Of a stretch of DNA of 64,000 nt, positions 10,105-22,551 are shown one piece after another (positions within the stretch are counted from its first letter, which is position 1; every line of letters starts with the position of its first letter). The translations under genes were made by a program, and so were the position numbers. Below the pieces are notes generated by a model, which had not been told where the DNA came from, did no database searches, and saw only the letters and a program-made list of their open reading frames with translations. Origin of the DNA: an uncultured Spirochaetota bacterium (lineage in GTDB: Bacteria; Spirochaetota; UBA4802; UBA5550); NCBI GenBank assembly GCA_963727175.1, contig CAVSFD010000002.1, forward strand, positions 4,403,071-4,467,070, read 5' to 3'.

Positions 10105-11070
10105 ATGAAAAAGTATATCGCATTGGCAGTCATCCTGACACTGGGATGCATCTCCTTACTCCTCTACCTGAATTCACCGCCGCCGCTGATGCAGGAGCAG
10201 TCCTTCATGGTATCATACGGCGATTCAATGCGCCGCATAGCCGGCAACTTGAGAAAAAGCAACCTTGTCCGGAGCAGCGATTTCTTCGTGTACTCGTCCT
10301 ATATCCTGAACCGGCGCCATGTCCGAGCCGGCACATACAGGATCTTTTCCGGGATGAATTCCTTCCAGATATTGAGTAAACTCACCCGCGGCGACATCCT
10401 TTCCAGGAAGGTCACCATACCCGAAGGTTTCAACATCTACCAGATCGCGGACCGCCTGGAGGCCAATGCCATTTGCGGCTCCGGCGCCTTTCTCGATTAC
10501 GCCTCGGACGAAACCTTCCTGAAGTCCCTCCGGATAGACTCGCCCACTGCCGAGGGCTATCTCTTCCCCGATACCTATGTCTTTCCGGAAGGCTCCGATC
10601 CGCGGGACATCATTGGTGTCATGTACAAAAAAATGAAAAATATCCTCGGTGACCGCCCGGCCTACGGCCCCGGCATGAGCGTCCACGAACTGCTCACCAT
10701 GGCGTCCCTTGTTGAAAAAGAGGCGAAGGTGTACAACGAACGCGAATTCATATCCTCCGTGTTTCATAACCGCCTCCGGAAAAAAATGAAGCTCGACTGC
10801 GATCCCACGGTGCGCTACGCGGTGAAAAAATTCACCGGCCCCATAACCGTGAGCGACCTCAGGTCCGATTCGCCCTATAATACCTACCGCCATAATGGTC
10901 TCCCCCCGACGCCCATCTGCTCCCCCGGACGCGAATCTATCCTCGCCGCAATGTACCCGATGAAGTCGGAGTACCTCTTCTTTGTCGCTAAAAACGACGG
11001 GTCGCATTATTTTTCAAAAACGCTGAAAGAGCATAACGAGGCGGTGCGGTTGTATCAGAGAAGACGGTAG
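10105..11070 (+). CDS. mltG: Endolytic transglycosylase MltG
   Basis: VTIPEG, EGYLFPDTY, ASLVEKE, SVFHNRL, SPYNTY, GLPPTPI. Confidence 0.95.
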   Translation: MKKYIALAVILTLGCISLLLYLNSPPPLMQEQSFMVSYGDSMRRIAGNLRKSNLVRSSDFFVYSSYILNRRHVRAGTYRIFSGMNSFQILSKLTRGDILSRKVTIPEGFNIYQIADRLEANAICGSGAFLDYASDETFLKSLRIDSPTAEGYLFPDTYVFPEGSDPRDIIGVMYKKMKNILGDRPAYGPGMSVHELLTMASLVEKEAKVYNEREFISSVFHNRLRKKMKLDCDPTVRYAVKKFTGPITVSDLRSDSPYNTYRHNGLPPTPICSPGRESILAAMYPMKSEYLFFVAKNDGSHYFSKTLKEHNEAVRLYQRRR

Positions 11071-11119
11071 TCCCCGCCTTCTGTTAGCCAGGGGTTTAAA
11101 CCACGCCCTCTCGGAAAGG

Positions 11120-13492
11120 TCATTGTAAAATATTATGCAGTATAACAGACAATTCCCTGGCAAAGTACGGCTTGTTGGCAAAATCCCTGATCCCCATCGC
11201 AGCGGCCCGTTCCCTTGACTCATTATCGAGCATACCCGATGAAAGGATCGCCCGTACACCCGGGTCGATGTTCTTCAGCGTCTGGAAGACCTCAAGTCCT
11301 GACTTGCCCGGCATGGCCAGGTCAATGATGACCGCGGCAATGGAAGCGCGGCGTTCACTGAAGATTTCTATGCCCCTGTCCGGCGAGTCCGCGGTGATGA
11401 CCTCATAACCGCACTGGGTGAGAAAGCCCCGGACGACATTGAGGACCATGGCCTCATCATCAATAACGAGGATCGTCCCCGTTCCCCTGGTGAGATCGTT
11501 TTCCACTGGATGTCTTACGCTGTTTCCGGCTTCTGAATCGCAGGCGGGGAACAGCAGGGTGAAGTGCGTTCCCGCACCGGGCTCGGAGCTGACGCGGATA
11601 AGGCCGCCGTGCTTCTGTATGATATTATATGATATCGATAGTCCCAGGCCGGTGCCTTCGCCGCGCTTCTTCCTGGTATAGAAGGGCTCATAGATACGCA
11701 TGACCGTTTCATGGTCCATGCCGACCCCGGTATCACCGATGGTGATTCTCACCCATCCGCGGCCGCCGGGAATGTCCGACTCGACAGGCAGGGAGGAATA
11801 ATCTTCGGGTTCGATTTTGTCCACCATAACCGAAAGCCTTCCGCCCTGCCGTTCATCCGGCCGCCTCATTATGGTCATGGCGTGAGACGCGTTGATGCAG
11901 AGATTGAGCAGAACCTGGCCTATCTGCACCATGTCGCCCATGATAAGGGGCTGCTCCGGTGAATAGTGGAAGTCAAGCTCTATGGACTTCGGCAGGCTGT
12001 TCGTGCAGAGTTCGTGTATATGACGGACCGCCTCATTCATGTCAATCGGCTCCGGCTTGATCTCGTGCCGCTGCGACAGGGTGAGGAGCTCCTTGATAAG
12101 ATTGACTGAGCGTTTCGCCGATTCCATGCCCATCGCCAGGTATTTATCCACGGTTTCCCGGTCTTCAAGTTTTTCTCTCCCGAGGGTCAGGCGGAGGAGA
12201 TCGAAACTTCCGAGTATGCCGCTCAGAATGTTGTTGAAATCATGGGCAAGGCCGCCCACCAGGGTGCCGATGGCCTCCATCTTCTGCGACTGCGCGAGCT
12301 GTTCCCGCATCTTTTCATTTTCCTGCTGGGCCCTGATCCGATCGCTGATATCCCGTATAATACCTACGATGCCGACCGGTTTTCCCGTTTCGTCCCTGAG
12401 AAAGGACGCCTTTATCTCCACGTCGAACAGTGATCCGTCCTTGCGCCGGTGCACCAGCACCATCATGGCATGCCGTTCGGGATCGGCCCCCTTATTTTTA
12501 TCTAGTTCCGTTTGTTCCTGAAAGACCTTCATTACCATGTCGAGGGATTCCGGTGAATGGATATCCGCCATCGTCAAGCGCTTCGCTTCCTCCACGGTAT
12601 ATCCGTACATGGCGGTAATAGAAGGGCTTATATATTCGATTTTAAAATTCATTCCCAGGGAAAAGATCAGGTCGTTCACGTTGTCAGCGAGAAGACGGTA
12701 GCGTTTCTCGCTCTCCCTGAGCTCGAGGTTATAGCGCTGGAGCTCGCGGGTGCGCTCCTCGACGATCGCTTCGAGATTGTCACGGTGCCGCTTCAGATCA
12801 TTCTCGGCGATTATACGCACGTCCATTTCTTCGCTGAGACGCTCGTTTATCGCGTCAACCTCCGACTTTGCCGCCGCCAGGTGCTCTTTTTCCCTGAGGA
12901 GCAGGCTCTGTTCATTCACAATGGCCCTTTTAAAACGCTCCTTGACCGATTCATAGGAATAGGTGAAAAGAAAAATGATGAACATGGTAAAAAGGTGCCG
13001 TGAAACGTATTCGGGCTCATACTTCCACACATCGAGCAGGTTAAAGGGGTTGATAAACAATGCAATGGTCCCAACCGTCAATATGATTGTCCAGAACAGG
13101 CCCTCGCGGCGGCCGGTAAGGAAAAAAAAGTATATCGGCGTCGCGACGATCCATATGCTGGCATGACCATGGACCGCCCCGGTTTTTAGCCAGTAGAAAA
13201 GCATGGCGCCGATCATTAAAATTGTTATCCGGTACAGGATGATAGGCCTTTTCATATACCTGAGGGCAATAACGAATCCCGCCAGGATAAGAGCCGCCAT
13301 ATGATCAATGATCCAGTAGGTATAGAAGCCCTTCCTGAAATGAGCGGCGCCGAAAATTACGAAGGGAATAATAAGCAGAATAAGAAAGAGCGCAAAGAGC
13401 CTTTTTCTTCCCTGCTCATCGCTGCTGGCTGAATCGGCCGGCAGCATCCACTCGGTAACACGGAGTATCGTTTTTCTTACGCTATTGAACAT
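11120..13492 (-). CDS. Hybrid sensor histidine kinase (multi-TM, PAS/PAC, HisKA, HATPase, REC)
   Basis: GLAHDFNN, NLCINA, DTGVGM, GTGLGL, ILVIDDE...DLAMP...KPY. Confidence 0.93.
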   Translation of the reverse strand: MFNSVRKTILRVTEWMLPADSASSDEQGRKRLFALFLILLIIPFVIFGAAHFRKGFYTYWIIDHMAALILAGFVIALRYMKRPIILYRITILMIGAMLFYWLKTGAVHGHASIWIVATPIYFFFLTGRREGLFWTIILTVGTIALFINPFNLLDVWKYEPEYVSRHLFTMFIIFLFTYSYESVKERFKRAIVNEQSLLLREKEHLAAAKSEVDAINERLSEEMDVRIIAENDLKRHRDNLEAIVEERTRELQRYNLELRESEKRYRLLADNVNDLIFSLGMNFKIEYISPSITAMYGYTVEEAKRLTMADIHSPESLDMVMKVFQEQTELDKNKGADPERHAMMVLVHRRKDGSLFDVEIKASFLRDETGKPVGIVGIIRDISDRIRAQQENEKMREQLAQSQKMEAIGTLVGGLAHDFNNILSGILGSFDLLRLTLGREKLEDRETVDKYLAMGMESAKRSVNLIKELLTLSQRHEIKPEPIDMNEAVRHIHELCTNSLPKSIELDFHYSPEQPLIMGDMVQIGQVLLNLCINASHAMTIMRRPDERQGGRLSVMVDKIEPEDYSSLPVESDIPGGRGWVRITIGDTGVGMDHETVMRIYEPFYTRKKRGEGTGLGLSISYNIIQKHGGLIRVSSEPGAGTHFTLLFPACDSEAGNSVRHPVENDLTRGTGTILVIDDEAMVLNVVRGFLTQCGYEVITADSPDRGIEIFSERRASIAAVIIDLAMPGKSGLEVFQTLKNIDPGVRAILSSGMLDNESRERAAAMGIRDFANKPYFARELSVILHNILQ

Positions 13493-13677
13493 TGTCCTTA
13501 CAGATTATAGATTCATAAAAAACATAAAAATGCATACACTGGCTATTAGTATATTATCGTAACATATATTGAATGAAAATAATCATTTTCGGTTCGTTTT
13601 GAAGGCTCTTTCGATGTAATTTGAGAATTCTGAAGAAATAAATTGACATTAACACCTGTGAATTTTTTCATACCCGC

Positions 13678-13725
13678 AGGTGATGGGGTTCACCTTAAAC
13701 CGCCGTATGGCTGATGACTCCTACC
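13678..13725 (+). ncRNA. Fluoride riboswitch (crcB motif)
   Basis: GGTGATGGGGTTCACC-TTAAACCGCC..GGCTGATGACTCCTAC matches the crcB consensus, directly upstream of crcB; TTGACA at 13643. Confidence 0.92.
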
Positions 13726-13753
13726 ACATTTCCTTCCTTCGAGGAGCCGCGGC

Positions 13754-14140
13754 ATGAGGCATTTACTTATTATTGCATTGGGCGGAAGTTTCGGCGCGAT
13801 AACCCGTTATATTCTGTCAAAAAACATACAGAACCTGATCAATCACATATATCCCCTCGGTACGCTCTTCGTTAACGCGACCGGTTCTTTTCTGATAGGC
13901 TTTTTATTCTACTTCTTCGAAAACATCATTATCTCAAATGACATCAAATCCTTTCTGACAATCGGATTTCTCGGCGCCTACACGACATTTTCAACCTATT
14001 CCCTTGAGACGATCAATTTTATCAGGGACGGGGAAATTAAGGTTGGACTTGCAAACATCGTTGTGAGCAATATAATCTGCTTATCAATGGTCATCGCGGG
14101 CATGATATGTTCGAGACTGATATTTAAGGCATTACGGTAG
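13754..14140 (+). CDS. crcB: Fluoride efflux channel CrcB/FluC
   Basis: GGSFGAITRY, GTLFVN, GFLGAYTTFSTY; upstream riboswitch. Confidence 0.96.
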   Translation: MRHLLIIALGGSFGAITRYILSKNIQNLINHIYPLGTLFVNATGSFLIGFLFYFFENIIISNDIKSFLTIGFLGAYTTFSTYSLETINFIRDGEIKVGLANIVVSNIICLSMVIAGMICSRLIFKALR

Positions 14141-14147
14141 GAACAGT

Positions 14148-14480
14148 ATGAAACTGCCAGAACAAGCGGTAATGGTAAGGATATTCATTGGAGAGAGCGA
14201 TCGTCATAAAGGCAAACCCCTCTACGAACAGATTGTCCTCAAGGCCCGGGAGCTGAACCTGGCCGGAGCGACCGTCACCCGGGGCATACTCGGCTTCGGC
14301 GCCGACAGCCGCCTCCATTCATCAAAGATCCTGGAACTCTCCGAGGACCTGCCAGTCATCATAGAAATTGTTGATACCGAAGAGAACATCAACAGGCTCA
14401 TGCCCTTCATAGATGAAACCGTCGAAGAGGGACTGGTGACCATGGAAAAAATGCGGGTGATAAAATACCGGCACAGCTAA
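14148..14480 (+). CDS. DUF190 (PII-like) protein
   Basis: RIFIGESD, GATVTRGILGFG, LSEDLPVIIEIVD; usual crcB partner. Confidence 0.9.
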   Translation: MKLPEQAVMVRIFIGESDRHKGKPLYEQIVLKARELNLAGATVTRGILGFGADSRLHSSKILELSEDLPVIIEIVDTEENINRLMPFIDETVEEGLVTMEKMRVIKYRHS

Positions 14481-14490
14481 AACATGCGCC

Positions 14491-16227
<1,737 letters not shown>

Positions 16228-16235
16228 CTAATTAC

Positions 16236-16586
16236 TCAGGAAGCCCCGGCCCGTTTCACGGTAAATCCCTCATTCTGGAGCAGCCGGATGATCGCATCGA
16301 CCTTGTCTCCCTGGATGAGTATCACGCCGTCCTTGACGGTCCCGCCGGTGCCGCACTTCTGCTTCAGCCTCGCCGCCATGTCCATCAGGGCAATTTCAGA
16401 AAGCGGGAGCCCGTAGACAGCAGACACGGTCTTGCCGCCGCGCCCCTTGCTCTCCTTCTGGACCCGCACGACACCATCCTTTTTGAAGGCCGTGTTTTTC
16501 GCGGGAGAAGGCTTATCCCTGTTCCTATCCTTATCCTTCTCTCTGGAATCACCGAATTCGGTGGAATATACGATTTTATCTGCCAT
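16236..16586 (-). CDS. yciH: SUI1/YciH translation initiation factor
   Basis: KGRGGKTVSAV, LKQKCGTGGTVK, IQGD. Confidence 0.92.
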   Translation of the reverse strand: MADKIVYSTEFGDSREKDKDRNRDKPSPAKNTAFKKDGVVRVQKESKGRGGKTVSAVYGLPLSEIALMDMAARLKQKCGTGGTVKDGVILIQGDKVDAIIRLLQNEGFTVKRAGAS

Positions 16587-16632
16587 ACTGTTTTACGTCC
16601 CAAAAAGTAACGCTCCTGCATAGATTTTCCCA

Positions 16633-16851
16633 ATGCGCGGTGAGTTCATCAGCTTGGCCGCCACGGGCATCCGTGCCCTCCGCGGCATTCCTGCCATCCT
16701 GGCAGTAATATGTGACCGGGATGTCGGATGTCGCCGTTCCCGCCGAGAAAAAACAGGTGCGCTGGCCAGGATGGCCGAGTGCAGTGCCGCGACAGGAGGT
16801 CGCATTAGGCTCTGCTTATACGAGGCGGACGAGCGATGAACTCCCGCGCGT
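16633..16851. repeat. GGA-hairpin palindromic element, long copy
   Basis: Outer IR ATGCGCGGTGAGTTCATC/GATGAACTCCCGCGCGT; shares GGATGTCGCCG..CCGCCGAG and TTATACGAGGCGGACGAG with the copies at 23778 and 34688. Confidence 0.75.
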
Positions 16852-16868
16852 CAACCGAACATCATCAA

Positions 16869-17372
<504 letters not shown>

Positions 17373-17387
17373 TATTGTTCTCCTGGT

Positions 17388-18191
17388 TTATTTATTCGAT
17401 TTGCTGATGCTGCGGTACTGGGCGATCTGCCTTGATATGACGGCCAGGTTCCCATCCTCGTCCCACATCTCCCCGTCCTCCTCCGCCAGGCCGCAGCTGA
17501 CGAAGCGGGTGCGGAAAAAGCCCTTCAGCCATTTCGTCTGCGGGATGTTCCTGACGCTCACGCTGAGCTCCAGCGTAGGGACCCAGGCCGCAAGGCCCTG
17601 GCTCGCGAAGATGGGCGGCGGAAAGGCGTCGGCCATAAGGAGGAGCGAAAGCATGTCAAAGGGACGGTCATCCCTGAACCTGATCCACCCCTTGTGCTCG
17701 GACTTATCCGCCAGCTTCCCCTGCATCCAGCCTGCGCAGGATGGATCAAGCCGTATATCGAGATTGTCCATGAGGGTGTACTTCGGGATCGCCGGGATGG
17801 GAACGCACGAATCAAGGGGCGCCAGCTCGGGCGCCGATGTTTCATACCGGTCAAGGATGCATTCTATCTTTTCATCCGCGAAGGTCCCCCAGGCGCGGAT
17901 CTTTTCGCTCCCCTCCTGGAGGAGCCGCGCCTGGAGGCGGTTGAACTGGCTCGACTCCGAAATTACGTCAACGTGCAGTTCCACGTCGCCGGGGACGCAG
18001 CGTGAGATATAATTGACGGTCATGATGGGTATAGATTTCCTGGCGCTGCGCTGGAGCATCGCGCTGGCCGCCAGGGCCATCAGGTATCCGCCGTTGGGAT
18101 TGCCGTTGATGAGCCAGTTGGGTGACACGGTCCCCCTGAAGAGGGATTGGCCCTGTTCCGTTACTGCTATATCCTGATCGAAAATACCCAT
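17388..18191 (-). CDS. TesB-like double hotdog thioesterase family protein
   Basis: W..NGNPNGGY, ADAFPP, VPTLEL, EEDGEMWD...SRQ. Confidence 0.87.
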   Translation of the reverse strand: MGIFDQDIAVTEQGQSLFRGTVSPNWLINGNPNGGYLMALAASAMLQRSARKSIPIMTVNYISRCVPGDVELHVDVISESSQFNRLQARLLQEGSEKIRAWGTFADEKIECILDRYETSAPELAPLDSCVPIPAIPKYTLMDNLDIRLDPSCAGWMQGKLADKSEHKGWIRFRDDRPFDMLSLLLMADAFPPPIFASQGLAAWVPTLELSVSVRNIPQTKWLKGFFRTRFVSCGLAEEDGEMWDEDGNLAVISRQIAQYRSISKSNK

Positions 18192-18201
18192 AGTACACCT
18201 C

Positions 18202-18828
18202 TTATTGCCTGGTAAGGGCCAGCTTTACCGCCAGGGCGGCGAACACCGTGCCGGCCGTCATATTTAATATTTTTTCGAACTTTTCCGACCTCTGCAGCCA
18301 GGCGCCGATTATGCCGGCGAGCTGGCTTATAAGACCGAAGACAAGTATGGTTACAGCGATAAAAATCAGTCCCAGAAATACCAGCTGGAGGGTCATGGAG
18401 CCTCTCGCCGGATTTGCAAACTGCGGCAGAAAGGCCAGGAAGAATATCGACACCTTCGGGTTTGTCACGTTCATGATGATACCCCGGCGGTAGAGATGCC
18501 AGGACGGGATTTCCCTGCTTTTTTGAAGCTCAATGCCGCCCGATGAGGCCCTGAAGGCTTTCCACGACAGGAACAGCAGGTATGCCGCTCCCAGGTATTT
18601 AAGAACGTTGAAGGCGATCACCGATGTCTGGAAGAGCGCCGCGACCCCCAGGGCAACAACCGTTGTATGCACGATGAGCCCCGTGCAGAGGCCCAGGGTT
18701 ATCCTGAAGCCCGCCGACCTGCCGAAAAGAATCGACTGGGTCAGGACAAAGATGTTGTCCGGTCCCGGGGCGAAGCCCAAAAGGACCGACGCCGTGACAA
18801 ACATGATGAGCGTATTCAGGTCGAACAT
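18202..18828 (-). CDS. LysE/RhtB family translocator
   Basis: APGPDN, GAAYL, NVTNPK, FLPQF. Confidence 0.92.
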   Translation of the reverse strand: MFDLNTLIMFVTASVLLGFAPGPDNIFVLTQSILFGRSAGFRITLGLCTGLIVHTTVVALGVAALFQTSVIAFNVLKYLGAAYLLFLSWKAFRASSGGIELQKSREIPSWHLYRRGIIMNVTNPKVSIFFLAFLPQFANPARGSMTLQLVFLGLIFIAVTILVFGLISQLAGIIGAWLQRSEKFEKILNMTAGTVFAALAVKLALTRQ

Positions 18829-18936
18829 CGGGGTTCCTTGTCAATTTTTGTCCCCATTGATGCCGCAAAGAACCATGGCATCAAACAGGAACATAACACC
18901 AAAACCTTGAAAACACGTTCCTTGTCAATAAAATAT

Positions 18937-19005
18937 TGACCTCACCCCGCCTCCGGCGTGCCCTCTCCCCTGTGACGTCAGAGGGGGACTGAGGGGGTGA
19001 GGTCA
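18937..19005. repeat. REP-like palindrome
   Basis: TGACCTCACCCC...CCCTCTCCCC...GAGGGGG...GGGGTGAGGTCA, downstream of the helicase stop. Confidence 0.6.
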
Positions 19006-19076
19006 GAGTAATTGTTCAATGATTTTTGATTCGTGCCCCCTCAGGGGGAAAGGGTAGTCTACCTGGAGAGCGGTGT

Positions 19077-20711
19077 TTATTTAAACTTCTGCTTTTTCTT
19101 GCTCGTATATTTATCCTTCTTTTTCTTCTTCTCCACATCCGCCCTCTTCACGATCGCCTTATGGGAGCCCTTCTTCTCCTTGAAGGCCTTCAGCAGCACC
19201 TCGGCCTCTTTAAAGGGCACTGAAAGAAAGGAATAGCTGTCCATGACCCTTATTTCACTTACCTTCCCGGCCGGGATCCTGGTTTCGTTATTTATCAGCT
19301 TGGTGAGCTTCTTCGGCGTGAGGCCGTCCTTTTTCCCCAGGGAAATAAAGAGCCGCGCCCTCCCCTTTTCTTCAACCGATTCTTCAGTGTATTCCCTGAT
19401 GTCCCGGTATTTCCCTTCACTCAACTCGTCCTCAAGGGTATACTTGAGGAGAGCAGCCACGATCTCCGCCGGATCCTGGTCATGGACCATCTGCATGGCC
19501 GTGGTAAGGTAGTCCCGGTGCTCCCGCGCCTCTATGATCTCATTCAGCTCCGCCAGTATCCTCGTTTTTTTAACCGTGATGATCTCGGACGCCCGGGGAA
19601 CCTTTTCCTTGCGTATTTCCTTTTTCGTGACCCGGGCGATATACATGAGCTTCCGGTATTCGTCGGGGGTAGTGAAGGTTATGGCTATCCCCTTCTTGCC
19701 CGCCCTCCCGGTCCGGCCGATCCGGTGTATATACGCTTCCGCGTCCTGGGGCAGCGAAAAATTTATGACGTGGGAGAGGTCTGCCACATCGATGCCCCGC
19801 GCGGCCACGTCCGTGGCGACGAGGATGGTAATATGTCGTTTCCTGAACTTTTCTAAAATCCGCTCCCGCTGGTTCTGTGACAGGTCGCCATGGATACCCT
19901 CCGCTTCATAACCCCGGTCGATGAGCTTGTTCGCGAGCTCGTCCACCGCGACCTTGGTGCGGCAGAATATCAGCCCGTAGAATTCCTTTTCGATATCTAT
20001 GATACGGCAGAGCGATTCGAACCGGTCATTGGGGGCCACTTCGAAATAGATCTGGTCGGTGAGGTCAACGGTGAGCTGTCCCTTTTTCGTGTTCACGACC
20101 CGGTATTTATGCATGTAACGGCGGGCGATATCCATGATACGGTCCGGCATGGTCGCTGAGAAGAGAAGGGTCCGCCGGTCAGGGTTCGTGTGATCCAGGA
20201 TTTCCTTCACTTCATCGATGAAACCCATGTTCAGCATTTCATCAGCCTCGTCGAGGACGACATGGGACACGCGGTCAAAGACGATGGTCTTTCTTCTCAT
20301 ATGATCGAGGATTCTTCCGGGAGTTCCCACGACGATATCCGCTCCCTTCCTGAGGCGCTGGAGCTGATCGACAATCGACTGGCCGCCGTATATCGGTATG
20401 ATTTGGCATTTCCTGCTGCCCTTGAAGGAGTTAATCTCTTCAGCGACCTGTATTGCCAGTTCCCTGGTCGGCACCAGCACAAGTGCCTGGATTCCTTCCG
20501 CCCCCGGATCAAGCCTGTCCAGGATGGGCAGGCCGAAGGCGGCCGTCTTGCCGGTGCCGGTCTGCGCCTGCCCGATAATATCCGCGCCCCCTTCGAGGAG
20601 GATGGGGATTGTTTTCTCCTGTATTTCCGTCGGCTCCTCAAAGCCTTTTTTGCGGAGTTCCGCCAGGGTTTCTTCCGAGAGGCCCAGGGCCCTGAATTTT
20701 TCAAGTTCCAT
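19077..20711 (-). CDS. DEAD-box RNA helicase (DeaD/CshA-like, DbpA-type RNA-binding domain)
   Basis: Q motif, AQTGTGKT, PTRELA, DEAD, SAT, HRIGRTGR, Lys-rich tail. Confidence 0.95.
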   Translation of the reverse strand: MELEKFRALGLSEETLAELRKKGFEEPTEIQEKTIPILLEGGADIIGQAQTGTGKTAAFGLPILDRLDPGAEGIQALVLVPTRELAIQVAEEINSFKGSRKCQIIPIYGGQSIVDQLQRLRKGADIVVGTPGRILDHMRRKTIVFDRVSHVVLDEADEMLNMGFIDEVKEILDHTNPDRRTLLFSATMPDRIMDIARRYMHKYRVVNTKKGQLTVDLTDQIYFEVAPNDRFESLCRIIDIEKEFYGLIFCRTKVAVDELANKLIDRGYEAEGIHGDLSQNQRERILEKFRKRHITILVATDVAARGIDVADLSHVINFSLPQDAEAYIHRIGRTGRAGKKGIAITFTTPDEYRKLMYIARVTKKEIRKEKVPRASEIITVKKTRILAELNEIIEAREHRDYLTTAMQMVHDQDPAEIVAALLKYTLEDELSEGKYRDIREYTEESVEEKGRARLFISLGKKDGLTPKKLTKLINNETRIPAGKVSEIRVMDSYSFLSVPFKEAEVLLKAFKEKKGSHKAIVKRADVEKKKKKDKYTSKKKQKFK

Positions 20712-20831
20712 TGTATTGTTCCTGCCTTATGATTGTGACCATAACTTAACAGGGGGTCTGAAACTACAATAGTTTTTTATTTATTTATTGTATGCGCTTC
20801 TATTGATAAAGGGTAATACCGCATGACACTG

Positions 20832-21428
20832 TTACCGTTCCAGGAAACCGACTGCGCCGGTCATGATCATCTGGGCCGCAAGGGCCGCCAGTATCAGCCC
20901 GGTGATTTTGCTGAGTATCGACAGGCCCTGCTTCCCCACCACTTTTTCAATGGAGCCGCTGATGAAGAGAAACAGACCGGTGCAGAGCACCGCTGCGACG
21001 ATGGCCGAAATACCGACGATTTTTTCGGTCACAGCGCCCAGCTCTCCGCCCATGACCAGGAGTGCCCCTGTCGTGGCCGGTCCCACCGCCACCGGGATCG
21101 CCAGGGGCACCACGGCGATGTCATCGGAGGAATTCAACTGCTGCTCCCCCTTTGGACCCTGGACAAGGGTAATCGCGGAAAAGAAAAGCAGGATGCCGGT
21201 GCCGATGCGGAATGAATTCAGCGTTATCCCGAAGACCGTAAAGATCTGGTTACCGATGAGAAAGAGGATTATGCAAATGATGACTATTGAGAGGGTCGAC
21301 TTGACCGCTATTTTTCTTTTTTTTCCGCCTTCCATATCCTTGGTCATGGAAAGGAATGTCGATAATAGAAAAAACGGCGTGAGAAGAAAAAAGAATTTTA
21401 TGAAGGTGTTGATAAATAGTCCTGGCAT
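20832..21428 (-). CDS. MarC family membrane protein
   Basis: FGITLNSFRIGTG, VVPLAIP..VGPAT, KITGLILAALA. Confidence 0.9.
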   Translation of the reverse strand: MPGLFINTFIKFFFLLTPFFLLSTFLSMTKDMEGGKKRKIAVKSTLSIVIICIILFLIGNQIFTVFGITLNSFRIGTGILLFFSAITLVQGPKGEQQLNSSDDIAVVPLAIPVAVGPATTGALLVMGGELGAVTEKIVGISAIVAAVLCTGLFLFISGSIEKVVGKQGLSILSKITGLILAALAAQMIMTGAVGFLER

Positions 21429-21591
21429 AACCTATTCCTGACTTGTTGCGGAGCCGGCTGCGCGTCACGCAGCTAACTATACTATAAGCTATACGATGAT
21501 TCCTGTCTACAAATTTAATTGCATTAATGGCCGTTACTGCTCATATACAGGCCAGGAGCTGTCCCGATCGTCCGCCCTTCAGGTTATGTTA

Positions 21592-21680
21592 CATCTGAAA
21601 AAAGCCTCACGGCCTGCGGAACTAATTTGTATACTCTGAAAATGTAGACATCCTCGGCCGTTCGGCTCTTTTTTCAGATG
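21592..21680. repeat. Long imperfect inverted repeat
   Basis: CATCTGAAAAAAGCC..ACGGCC ... GGCCGTTCGGCTCTTTTTTCAGATG. Confidence 0.55.
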
Positions 21681-21711
21681 CTATTGCCACTATTAACGAT
21701 ACTTGCCATTG

Positions 21712-22437
21712 CTACCGCAAGAAAGAAACCAGGGCCTGAAACTCCCGGATAAGCGGATAGGCACGGATCGAATAATAGAGGGCCAGGGCGTGGAGGCCGG
21801 CGCCGGCGAGGATGAAAATGTGGAAAACACCATGGAAGCCGATAACTCCCGGCTTCGGATCAGGCCGCTTCAAGGCGTACACGATACCGCCGAAGGCGTA
21901 GGTGACCAGCCCTGCAACCAGCAGGGACTTGAGGAACGAAATGGAAACTCCCCGCAGGGGTATTCCATCGACCGAGGACCAGAGAAGGGCCATGGGCACG
22001 ACGGATATGACGCAGAGGGGGGCGTAGATCGCCACGTTGACCCAGTTGGGGGAGATCAGGTGCCTGAGCTTGAGGACGATGCCCAGGATGGCGAAGAGCC
22101 ACACGGCGCCCAGCACGGCCCATCGTATCCCCCCGGGCGCGTATATATAGAGGGGACCCACATAGGAGCCGGCTATCATGACAAAAATGGCGCAGTGGTC
22201 CAGCTTGAGCCAGAGACTTGGCTCATCCTCGTCAATCTTGCTGGCGTGGTACAGAAAACTTGACGCAAAGAGGAACACGTAGGAGATGGCCGTGAAGCAT
22301 ACCGCCAGGGCCAGGCCCCGGTCAAAGTCAATGGAGATGGAATAGAACACGACGGCAATGATAACGCTGGCGACTGCGCCGGCGCAATGGGTCAGGGAAT
22401 TGAAAAGCTCGTTTTTCTGTATGATCATGGCAAGCAT
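21712..22437 (-). CDS. Hemolysin III/PAQR family membrane protein
   Basis: NSLTH, SFLYH, KLDHCAIF..IAGSY, FHGVFHIF; start uncertain. Confidence 0.9.
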   Translation of the reverse strand: MLAMIIQKNELFNSLTHCAGAVASVIIAVVFYSISIDFDRGLALAVCFTAISYVFLFASSFLYHASKIDEDEPSLWLKLDHCAIFVMIAGSYVGPLYIYAPGGIRWAVLGAVWLFAILGIVLKLRHLISPNWVNVAIYAPLCVISVVPMALLWSSVDGIPLRGVSISFLKSLLVAGLVTYAFGGIVYALKRPDPKPGVIGFHGVFHIFILAGAGLHALALYYSIRAYPLIREFQALVSFLR

Positions 22438-22551
22438 TATCCATTCGACAGGCACGTAATGTCCGGAGGCACGACCCCGGAGAAACTGACACATAAGTTT
22501 TACATACGTTAAATTTTGTCAATGATTTTATCGTAAGCCGGAAACCGCTTG

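Noticed and set aside
13572-13590. Fur-box-like AATGAAAATAATCATTTTC
   Set aside because: Partial match in very AT-rich DNA with no iron-related gene adjacent.
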